From positions 126-64,125 of the forward strand of contig SVSI01000009.1 of the NCBI GenBank assembly GCA_015064385.1: a stretch of DNA of 64,000 bases, in the 5' to 3' direction. Shown here piece by piece: positions 17,388 through 25,030 of this stretch. The notes beneath the pieces are model-generated. The model ran no database searches. It saw only the letters and a program-made list of their open reading frames with translations, and was not told where the DNA came from. Source of the DNA: Oscillospiraceae bacterium (lineage in GTDB: Bacteria; Bacillota; Clostridia; Oscillospirales; CAG-272). A program made the position numbers and the translations under genes. How positions within the stretch are numbered: position 1 is the first letter of the stretch; each line of letters begins with the position of its first letter.

Positions 17388-17427
17388 AGACGGAATGATG
17401 AGTTAAACTCAAAATTCCGTCTTGTTT
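17387..17427. terminator. bidirectional terminator between the orphan gene and aspS
   Basis: AAGACGGAAT (17387-17396) / ATTCCGTCTT (17414-17423), with A-run before and T-run after. Confidence 0.8.
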
Positions 17428-19206
17428 TTATTCTTTTACGATCGCTATTCCGAGATCGCGGTATGCCGCTTCGTCTGCGGGAGCAGGACACTGCGACATC
17501 GGTTCGGATGCGTTTTGTACCTTCGGGAAGGCAACTACGTCACGCAGACTCTCTGCACCCGACATTACCATGGTGAGTCGGTCAAGTCCCATTCCCGATC
17601 CGCCGTGCGGGGGAGCGCCGTACTTGTAAGCGTCAACGAGAAATCCGAATTTTGCATCGATCTCTTCCTTGGTGAGTCCGAGAGCGTCGAACATCTTTTC
17701 CTGAAGCTTCCAGTCGGTGATTCTGATAGAACCCGAAAGGAGCTCGATTCCGTTAAGTACGAGGTCGTACGCCTTTGCGCGGACTGCTCCGGGATCGCTC
17801 TCAAGCAGAGGCAGGCATTCTTCCATGGGCATTGTGAAGGGGTGATGCATAGCATCCCAATGCGCTGTCTCCTCGTTCCACTCGAAGAAGGGGAACTCGG
17901 TGATCCAGAGGAAATTGAACTTGTCGGGGATCATAGAAAGCTGCTTTGCGATCTTCAGGCGGAGTGCGCCGAGAACGGGGAGAACTACGCGGTCGGAGTC
18001 TGCAACGACGAGTGCAACGTCTCCGCGGCGGCAGTCGATAGCGTCCATGACCAAGCCGAGCGTTTCGGGAGAAATGAACTTTGCAAACGAGCAGTTGGGC
18101 TCCTCTTCAACGAAGCGGATATATGCAAGTCCCTTCGCTCCGATGCCCTTTGCGTGCTCGGTGAGCTTGTCGATCTCTTTTCTCGAGAGCTTGTCTGCGC
18201 CGCCCTTTACGACGATAGCGCGTACGCTTCCGCCGTTTGCAACGGCACCCTCGAATACTCCGAAGCCACAATTTTTAACTATATCCGAAATGTTTTGGAT
18301 CTCCATACCGAAACGGGTATCCGGCTTGTCCGATCCGTAGCGGTCCATTGCTTCTCTGTAGGTCATACGGGGCAGGGGAAGCTCAAGCTCTACTCCGAGG
18401 ATCTCGCTGAAAAGACGCGCCATAAGTCCTTCGTTTATATTCATAACGTCTTCCTGAGTAGCGAAAGACATCTCAAGGTCTATCTGAGTGAACTCGGGTT
18501 GACGGTCAGCACGAAGGTCCTCGTCTCTGAAGCAGCGTGCGATCTGAACGTATCTGTCGTATCCCGCGATCATAAGCAGCTGCTTATATATCTGGGGAGA
18601 CTGGGGAAGTGCATAGACCGATCCCTTGTGGATACGCGAGGGAACGAGATAGTCTCTTGCGCCCTCAGGCGTTGCCTTTATCATCATAGGCGTTTCGATC
18701 TCGGTGAAATCGTTTGCGTAGAAATATTCTCTTGCGATACGGGTTATCTCGTTACGCATAAAGATGTTCTTCTGAAGCGCGCTTCTGCGAAGATCAAGAT
18801 AGCGGTATTTGAGGGCGATCTCCTCGCCTGCGTTATAATTTTCGCCGATCTCAAAGGGAAGGGTGTCCGCTTCGGAAAGCACCTTCATAGAGGTTACGAG
18901 TATCTCTATCTCACCCGTAGGGATGTTCTTGTTTACAGACGAGCGTGCGCGTACGTTTCCCTTTGCGGAGAGGACGTACTCGCTGCGGCAAGCAAACGCC
19001 TTGTCGAATATAGCTCTGTCCGAGCTGTCGTCAAAGGCGAGCTGAACTATACCGCTCTTGTCGCGCAGGTCGATGAATATGAGACTTCCGAGGTCGCGGC
19101 GGCGCTGTATCCAACCGCAAACGGTTACCTCTTTTCCGATATCGGAGGTGCGGAGGTCTCCGCAATATACCGTTCTTTTATCGTCTTTTGTAAAAAATTC
19201 TGCCAA
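17428..19206 (-). CDS. aspS: aspartate--tRNA ligase
   Basis: 592 aa. CGWIQRRRDLGSLIFIDLRD, FRDEDLRADRQPEFTQID, GSIRI, GMGLDR. These are class IIb aaRS motifs. Confidence 0.95.
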   Translation of the reverse strand: MAEFFTKDDKRTVYCGDLRTSDIGKEVTVCGWIQRRRDLGSLIFIDLRDKSGIVQLAFDDSSDRAIFDKAFACRSEYVLSAKGNVRARSSVNKNIPTGEIEILVTSMKVLSEADTLPFEIGENYNAGEEIALKYRYLDLRRSALQKNIFMRNEITRIAREYFYANDFTEIETPMMIKATPEGARDYLVPSRIHKGSVYALPQSPQIYKQLLMIAGYDRYVQIARCFRDEDLRADRQPEFTQIDLEMSFATQEDVMNINEGLMARLFSEILGVELELPLPRMTYREAMDRYGSDKPDTRFGMEIQNISDIVKNCGFGVFEGAVANGGSVRAIVVKGGADKLSRKEIDKLTEHAKGIGAKGLAYIRFVEEEPNCSFAKFISPETLGLVMDAIDCRRGDVALVVADSDRVVLPVLGALRLKIAKQLSMIPDKFNFLWITEFPFFEWNEETAHWDAMHHPFTMPMEECLPLLESDPGAVRAKAYDLVLNGIELLSGSIRITDWKLQEKMFDALGLTKEEIDAKFGFLVDAYKYGAPPHGGSGMGLDRLTMVMSGAESLRDVVAFPKVQNASEPMSQCPAPADEAAYRDLGIAIVKE

Positions 19207-19236
19207 AATATATCACTCCAAATCCTTTTATGATCT

Positions 19237-20472
19237 TTAGTTAAAGAAATCCACGATCTTTTCGATCTCGATCTCTTGCTGCGTGCTGTCCGCCATACTG
19301 CGAAGCTGCGCTTTACCGCTTTCAAGCTCGCTGTCACCGATAATTACCGTGTATTTTGCACCGATCTTGTCGGCGTATTTCATCTGTGCCTTCAGCGAAC
19401 GCGAAACGAGATCGCATTCTGCGTATATTCCTTTATCGCGAAGGGCGGCGGCAAGTCCGGACGCTTTAACGAGAGCCGCCTCTCCCATAGATGCAAGATA
19501 TACTGCGGGCGAGGTGTCCTTTTCGGGTACCTTTGCGGCGGGCAGGAGACGGGAGATTCCCATTCCGAAGCCGCACGCGGGGGTTGCGGGACCGTCCAGC
19601 TCGCTGACGAGTCCGTCGTAACGTCCTCCGCCGCAGATAGTGGACTGTGCTCCGATAGAGCCGCACACGAATTCAAATACCGTTCTCGTGTAATAGTCGA
19701 GTCCGCGGACGATAGACGTGTCTATCTCGTACTTTATGCCCTTTGCATCGAGGCACTTTTCAAGGAGGTCCATGTGTGCCTTACAGTCGTCACACAGGTA
19801 GTCGATCGTCTTGGGCGCGCCCTCGGCAAACTTTTTGCATATCTCGCTCTTACAGTCGAGTATTCGCATAGGATTGGTTTCAAGACGCGTTTTGCAGGTG
19901 TCGCAAAGCTCGTCGCGGCATCCGGAAAAGTACTCCTTAAGAGCGCTTCTGTGGTTTCCTCGGCAGTTAGGACAGCCGATAGAGTTTATCTTCAGCGAAA
20001 CGTCCTCGATCCCGAGATTTTTGATTATCGAATTTGCAAGCGCGATAATGTCGGCGTCTGCACTTGCCGATGCGCTTCCGAAAAGCTCGACTCCGAACTG
20101 CTCAAACTCGCGGAAACGTCCCGCCTGAGGCGCTTCGTGGCGGAAGCAGTTGATTATATAATAGAGCTTTATCGGCATAGTATCCGAGAATTTTTTGTTT
20201 TCTATGAGAGCGCGCGCAACGCCTGCCGTTCCCTCGGGACGCAGGGTGAGCGAATCACCGCTTCTGTCTGTGAAGGTGTACATCTCCTTTTGTACTACGT
20301 CGGTAGTGTTTCCAACTCCGCGCGAGAAGAGCTCGGTTGCCTCAAAGGTAGGAATTCTTATCTCGCCGAAGCCGAATTTTGCGGCAGTCTCGCGGCATAC
20401 GTTTTCAACGTACTGCCACTTTCCCGTAGCATCGGGAAAAATATCGAGCGTGCCTTTTTGCTTTCTTATCAT
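19237..20472 (-). CDS. hisS: histidine--tRNA ligase
   Basis: 411 aa. KGTLDIFP, TLRPEGT, CFRHEAPQAGRFREFEQ, GGGRYD. These are HisRS motifs. Confidence 0.95.
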   Translation of the reverse strand: MIRKQKGTLDIFPDATGKWQYVENVCRETAAKFGFGEIRIPTFEATELFSRGVGNTTDVVQKEMYTFTDRSGDSLTLRPEGTAGVARALIENKKFSDTMPIKLYYIINCFRHEAPQAGRFREFEQFGVELFGSASASADADIIALANSIIKNLGIEDVSLKINSIGCPNCRGNHRSALKEYFSGCRDELCDTCKTRLETNPMRILDCKSEICKKFAEGAPKTIDYLCDDCKAHMDLLEKCLDAKGIKYEIDTSIVRGLDYYTRTVFEFVCGSIGAQSTICGGGRYDGLVSELDGPATPACGFGMGISRLLPAAKVPEKDTSPAVYLASMGEAALVKASGLAAALRDKGIYAECDLVSRSLKAQMKYADKIGAKYTVIIGDSELESGKAQLRSMADSTQQEIEIEKIVDFFN

Positions 20473-20514
20473 AGGGCTTTATATGATCCTTTCGTAACTT
20501 GTCTCATTCAAATT

Positions 20515-20543
20515 ATTATAACAGATAAAATCGAGCTTTTCAA
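20515..20543 (-). promoter_or_regulatory. sigma-A promoter of hisS-aspS
   Basis: On the minus strand: TTGAAA (20543-20538), 17 bp spacer, TATAAT (20520-15). This leaves a leader of only about 35 nt. Confidence 0.65.
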
Positions 20544-20571
20544 CGGTTTTTGCAAAAAAACGGCAAATATT

Positions 20572-21273
20572 TCACTTTTTTCTTTCATTTACCGAAACAA
20601 CGTGCAGAATATTTTCGCTTACCTTGAATTTTACCTCAAAAGATGCGTACTCGAGTCCGTATATTCTCGCGTCGTCTGTATGATATGCAGGGCGGGGATC
20701 GCCCTCAAGCACCTCTTTGAGTGCGCCTTGCAGATCCTTTGGAACGATATCTAAAAGCTCAATCGGAAAATCAAGCTCGAGACGGTAGTCCTTTTTTTCG
20801 TGCGCAAAGCCGCCGAGCGCTTCCGGATGGGAGTCAACGTACGGAAGATAGGGCTTGATATCGTATATTGGGCTTTGGTCCATGATATCTGCACCCGAGA
20901 CTAAAAGTACGGTGCCGTCGGGAGTTTTTTTAATCCCTAAAAGCTTCACGCACGAAAGTCCGATAGGGTTCGGTCGGTAGGGTGAGCGCGTGGCGAAAAC
21001 GCCTACTCGCTTGTTTCCGCCAAGTCGCGGAGGACGTACGGTAGGAGACCATTTTTCGCCGAAGACCTCGGAAAAGCCCCAGATGAGCCAAAGGTGAGAA
21101 TATTGTTCTATATCGCGGAGTGCCTCGGGAATTCGGTACTCGGGCTCGAAAACTATTTCGGATACCAGTGACTCGGCAAGTCCGCTCTGTCTCGGCAGAC
21201 CGAATTTCGTAGGAAAAGCGTTTCTTATCTTTGCTATCGGTGAAAGCGTAACTGAAAAATCTTTTTCGGACAT
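20572..21273 (-). CDS. trmO: tRNA (N6-threonylcarbamoyladenosine37-N6)-methyltransferase TrmO (TsaA family)
   Basis: From the internal Met: MSEKDFSVTLSPIAKIRNAFPTKFGLPRQSGL...FATRSPYRPNPIGLS...DIKPY. The ORF-track start 21330 has no SD. Confidence 0.8.
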   Translation of the reverse strand: MSEKDFSVTLSPIAKIRNAFPTKFGLPRQSGLAESLVSEIVFEPEYRIPEALRDIEQYSHLWLIWGFSEVFGEKWSPTVRPPRLGGNKRVGVFATRSPYRPNPIGLSCVKLLGIKKTPDGTVLLVSGADIMDQSPIYDIKPYLPYVDSHPEALGGFAHEKKDYRLELDFPIELLDIVPKDLQGALKEVLEGDPRPAYHTDDARIYGLEYASFEVKFKVSENILHVVSVNERKK

Positions 21274-21393
21274 AGTAAGCTCCAAAATCGTTGTTTTTTG
21301 TATTTTACCACAAAAATCAAAACAATTCAATCGGGTTGTGATAAAATCGCAATATTATATAAGAATTTTATAGGTACAACTCATAATTTTCTG

Positions 21394-21421
21394 TTGACTT
21401 TTTGTGCAATTTTGCTATAAT
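21394..21421 (+). promoter_or_regulatory. sigma-A promoter of the BNR lipoprotein cluster
   Basis: TTGACT (21394-21399), 16 bp spacer, TGcTATAAT (21413-21421). Confidence 0.7.
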
Positions 21422-21472
21422 TAAAATCGGGCGGATGTTTATAACCGCTAAATTAAACTATCGGAGAGAAAA

Positions 21473-23236
21473 ATGAGAAGAATTTTATCTGTACTATCAC
21501 TTGGTTTAGCACTTGTCTTTACGCTTTCGTGCTTTGTTTCGTGCAAAGATGACGCCGAAAATCCCGACACAGAAAACGACGGATTTGACATAGGCGCTTA
21601 CAAAATCGTCTATTCCAAGAAAGCAAGCGACGATATTTGCACGGCAAGCATGACTCTTCGCAAGAAGATAAACAGCTCTGCCAAGGTCGATCTCAAGATT
21701 GAAGACGACTGGTACCCTGAGGGAACAGACGTGAGTGCCATCAAGGAGATACTTATCGGCGACACTAACCGCGCAGAAACGAAGGCGCTCAAGACCAAGC
21801 TGGACGGTGTAAAAAAGGACATGGCTTACGCCGTTGAGGTAAGTGGCAATAAAATAGTTATTCTCGGTAAAAACGATTCTGCCACCATGCAGGCAATGAA
21901 ATATTTCATAAACGAGTTCGTATGTAAATCTACAGGTGACGGAAAAATCCCGATGGCAGCAGACTTCAGCAAGGCGCAGCTCGGCGACAAGGATATGATA
22001 ATATATCCCGAGACGCTCGTTGGATTTACTATGAGCGAGGAATATACCGTTTTCGAACCCGAGCAAGGTCGAGGAAGCTCCCAGAAAAATCAGTACCCGA
22101 CCGCGATATATCTTCAGTATCAGGCAAATCCCGAAAATAACGGAAAAATGCTTGCAACCCTTAACTCGAGTGAGAGCTTTTATCGCATACTTCGAAGTGA
22201 CGACGAGGGCAAGACCTGGAATGCCGTTACCAAGCTTTACGAGATAAATCCCGCTAACAGCAGCGGAAACGAGCCCCTTCAGGCAGGAAGAATGCCCTTC
22301 CTTTACGAGCTTCCTGCAAAGGTAGGCGACTTCGAAAAGGGAACTATCTTCCTTGCGGGAACTTCGAGCCCTATTGGCGGAAATGCGGCAAAGTATGAGA
22401 GAACCGCAATAACCATGTATTATAGTACCGATCTCGGTAAGACTTGGAAATATCTCCCGAGCGTTGACTACGGTAAGGGACGAATAGACGAAAACGGCGT
22501 ATGGGAGCCCTTCCTTATCTACGAAGAGGAAACGGGCAGAGTTTACTGCTTCTACTCGGACGCAACGGGCGAGAACAAGGATCCCGTAAATCCCCAGCCC
22601 GACCAGACGCTCGTGTACAAGTACACTACCGATATGGTCAACTGGACAGGTAAAACGGGTACCGGCTCTTACAGCGAACCCTTTGAGGCGGTTGCAAGTA
22701 GCGACGTTGATCATCGTCCCGGCATGGTAGCCATCTCGAAGATGACTAACGGTGAATATATTCTCACCTATGAGTTCGTTGGTTGCAAAATAGGCAACAA
22801 TTCGACTACTTTCTACAAAAAAACCACCCGCCTCGACGATTGGGGTGATCCCGCTGATATGGGACATATAGTGGAGACCGTTGACGGAAAAACCTCCGGC
22901 TCGGGCCCATGGAACTCCTACACTCCCGTTGGCGGAGACTGCGGAATCCTCTTTACCTTTGCAAGATTCGGAGCACACCATCACGATAAGGTGAATCCCG
23001 ATCTCACACGCCCGGACATCTTTATCAGCTTCGACTATGGCGAGACCTTCGTTACTCTTGAAAATCCTTTTGACTATACATTTGTCGGAGATACCAGTGT
23101 CGACCGCACGGGATACAGCGTAATGTTCCTCGTTTCTCCCGACGGAAGATCGGTATTCTTCTTCAATAACCCTCCGTATTTCAAGGGTGCTGAAACGCAG
23201 ATAATGAAGATGGTAAGAATCGATATTCATCCGTAA
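21473..23236 (+). CDS. lipoprotein, N-terminal alpha/beta domain plus BNR/Asp-box sialidase-fold beta-propeller (paralog 1)
   Basis: Lipobox FVSC. Asp-boxes RSDDEGKTW, YSTDLGKTW, SFDYGETF. Conserved WEPFLIYEEETGRVYCFYSD. Confidence 0.8.
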   Translation: MRRILSVLSLGLALVFTLSCFVSCKDDAENPDTENDGFDIGAYKIVYSKKASDDICTASMTLRKKINSSAKVDLKIEDDWYPEGTDVSAIKEILIGDTNRAETKALKTKLDGVKKDMAYAVEVSGNKIVILGKNDSATMQAMKYFINEFVCKSTGDGKIPMAADFSKAQLGDKDMIIYPETLVGFTMSEEYTVFEPEQGRGSSQKNQYPTAIYLQYQANPENNGKMLATLNSSESFYRILRSDDEGKTWNAVTKLYEINPANSSGNEPLQAGRMPFLYELPAKVGDFEKGTIFLAGTSSPIGGNAAKYERTAITMYYSTDLGKTWKYLPSVDYGKGRIDENGVWEPFLIYEEETGRVYCFYSDATGENKDPVNPQPDQTLVYKYTTDMVNWTGKTGTGSYSEPFEAVASSDVDHRPGMVAISKMTNGEYILTYEFVGCKIGNNSTTFYKKTTRLDDWGDPADMGHIVETVDGKTSGSGPWNSYTPVGGDCGILFTFARFGAHHHDKVNPDLTRPDIFISFDYGETFVTLENPFDYTFVGDTSVDRTGYSVMFLVSPDGRSVFFFNNPPYFKGAETQIMKMVRIDIHP

Positions 23237-23260
23237 TTCATTGAATCGAAAGGAAAAAAT

Positions 23261-24961
23261 ATGAAAAAGCTTTTATCAGTAATAATGGCTGCGGCAATGT
23301 TCACATCTACAGCGCTCCTGTTTTCTTCCTGCCGTCATAAGCCGCAGGAAGTGGATAACGAAAACTCGGTCGGATTTGATATTTCAGAGTACACGATCGT
23401 TCATTCGACGACGGCAAATCCCGATACCCAAAGCGCTGCAAACGCTCTTAAAAACAGAATAGCCAAAAGTACGGGCGTAACGCTTCACGTAAGCGACGAT
23501 TCGATAAAAAAGGGCGAGGACGCGTCCGCTAAAAAAGAGATACTCATAGGTTATACCGATCGCGACGAGTCGAGGGCCCTTCGTACTAAGCTGGACGGCG
23601 TAAACAACGATAAGGCGTTCGCTATTGAGGTAAGCGGTAACAAGATATGTATTATGGGCAAGAGTGCGGACATAACCATCCGTGCGATCAAATATTTTGC
23701 CTCCAACTACGTTAGCACGTCTCAAAAGCAGGGAACGCTTAATCTTCCCGCGGATCTCAGTACAGCAAAGCTTGCAGATACCGCGACGACTATATATCCC
23801 GATACGCTCATTGAGCTGAAAATAAGCAAGAAATACAATCTGTACCTTCACAGCAAGGACACGACAGCAGCGTCCACCGTAACTTATCCTAAGCTCGTTA
23901 AGCTTCAGCATCAGGCCAACGAGGCAGATAACGGTATTATGCTTGCAACCTTTAACTCGAGCGAATACTTCTACCGTATTATGAAAAGCGTTGATAACGG
24001 CGATACCTGGACCGAGATCGCGCAGGTAAACGACAAGTACAACCTTGATCTCGTGGGCGGAAGAATGCCTCATCTGTTTGAGCTACCCGTAGATATGGGG
24101 CAGTTCAAGAAGGGAACGATTCTCCTTGCCGGAACCTCGAGTCCTAAGGGCGGAAACAATGCAAGCTTTGAAAAGAGCGCAATAACGCTTTACTCGAGCA
24201 CAGATCTTGGCGAAAGCTGGACTTCTCAGCCCAGTCTTGACTATGCAAAGGGTAAAACGAACGGAGAGGGTATTTGGGAGCCCTTCCTTATCTATGAGGA
24301 GGAAACGGGACGTCTGTACTGCTTCTATTCGGACGACTCTGATCCCGAACACGACCAGAAGCTCGTTTACAAGTACACCACCGACCTTAAGACGTGGGTG
24401 GGTAAGGACGGAAAGACCGGTCAGACCGACGATCCCTTTGAGGCGGTCGCGTGCGATAATCCCAAGCTTCGTCCCGGAATGATCTCGATAGCCAAAATGG
24501 GCAACGGCGAATATATTATGACCTACGAAATGGTAGAGCTGTCTATGAACCCCACGTACGCCAAGAAAACAAGGCGCCTTGACGATTGGGGAGACATAAG
24601 TGATTACGGCACCGAGGTGCTTTCCGTTGACGGACACTCCTTCGGATCTTCTCCTTGGATAGCGTGGTCTCCCGTAGGCGGTGAGTGCGGAACTCTCGTA
24701 GTGGCGGGCAAGCACAGAGTGCAGGATAAGACCAACAAATCCGCACCTCCCATCTTTTTGAGCTTTGATTACGGCAAAACGTATATCGAGCTTGAAAATC
24801 CGATCGGATATACCATTACCGGTGGAAATCGATCGGGATACAGCCCTTGTGTTATGTTCTCTGCAGACGGTAAGACACTTTATTATGCAACTAACCCGAA
24901 CAAGGTTTCCGAACCGGATAAGGCGTACGTTGCTATGGTACGCATAGACATTATTGAGTAA
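23261..24961 (+). CDS. lipoprotein, BNR/Asp-box sialidase-fold (paralog 2)
   Basis: Lipobox FSSC. KSVDNGDTW, SSTDLGESW, SFDYGKTY. WEPFLIYEEETGRLYCFYSDD. Collinear with paralogs 1 and 3. Confidence 0.8.
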   Translation: MKKLLSVIMAAAMFTSTALLFSSCRHKPQEVDNENSVGFDISEYTIVHSTTANPDTQSAANALKNRIAKSTGVTLHVSDDSIKKGEDASAKKEILIGYTDRDESRALRTKLDGVNNDKAFAIEVSGNKICIMGKSADITIRAIKYFASNYVSTSQKQGTLNLPADLSTAKLADTATTIYPDTLIELKISKKYNLYLHSKDTTAASTVTYPKLVKLQHQANEADNGIMLATFNSSEYFYRIMKSVDNGDTWTEIAQVNDKYNLDLVGGRMPHLFELPVDMGQFKKGTILLAGTSSPKGGNNASFEKSAITLYSSTDLGESWTSQPSLDYAKGKTNGEGIWEPFLIYEEETGRLYCFYSDDSDPEHDQKLVYKYTTDLKTWVGKDGKTGQTDDPFEAVACDNPKLRPGMISIAKMGNGEYIMTYEMVELSMNPTYAKKTRRLDDWGDISDYGTEVLSVDGHSFGSSPWIAWSPVGGECGTLVVAGKHRVQDKTNKSAPPIFLSFDYGKTYIELENPIGYTITGGNRSGYSPCVMFSADGKTLYYATNPNKVSEPDKAYVAMVRIDIIE

Positions 24962-24970
24962 GCTTTCTGA

Positions 24971-25001
24971 AACAAACGAGTGCATTTTGCACTCGTTTGT
25001 T
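24971..25001 (+). terminator. hairpin between paralogs 2 and 3 (weak or partial terminator, no T-run)
   Basis: 13-bp stem AACAAACGAGTGC (24971-24983) / GCACTCGTTTGTT (24989-25001). Followed by CGTATAAG, not a U-tract. Confidence 0.4.
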
Positions 25002-25030
25002 CGTATAAGATTTTGAGAGGAAGATAGTTT

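Noticed and set aside
17422-19233. Very long antisense ORFs that span almost entire genes: 603 aa opposite aspS; 492 aa opposite hisS (19276-20754); 574 aa opposite BNR paralog 1 (21506-23230); 530 aa opposite the OppA-like gene (4691-6283); 372 aa opposite the 961-aa gene (15195-16313); 290 aa opposite the interrupted lipoprotein gene (11574-12446).
   Set aside because: For the three cases I checked (opposite aspS, BNR paralog 1 and the OppA-like gene) the antisense ORF is in the phase where its codons are exact reverse complements of the sense codons (for example 17422 and 17428 are both 1 mod 3). Stops in that phase arise only from sense TTA, CTA or TCA codons, which these genes largely avoid. 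The translated products are low-complexity and Arg/Ser/Cys-rich with no motifs or SD sites. They are shadow ORFs produced by codon usage.
20473-20571. I looked for a T-box leader upstream of hisS-aspS, because this operon is T-box regulated in Bacillus subtilis.
   Set aside because: The whole intergenic region is about 100 bp. It contains a promoter that leaves a leader of only about 35 nt, so there is no room for a T-box of about 200 nt. I saw no specifier loop or T-box sequence.
12589-21421. Shared TTGACTTTTTGT...TGCTATAAT string in the promoters at 12589 and 21394; I considered a repeated regulatory element for lipoprotein genes.
   Set aside because: The identity is limited to the consensus -35/-10 hexamers plus a T-run of about 6 nt, and the flanks are unrelated. 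This is compatible with chance between two near-consensus promoters.
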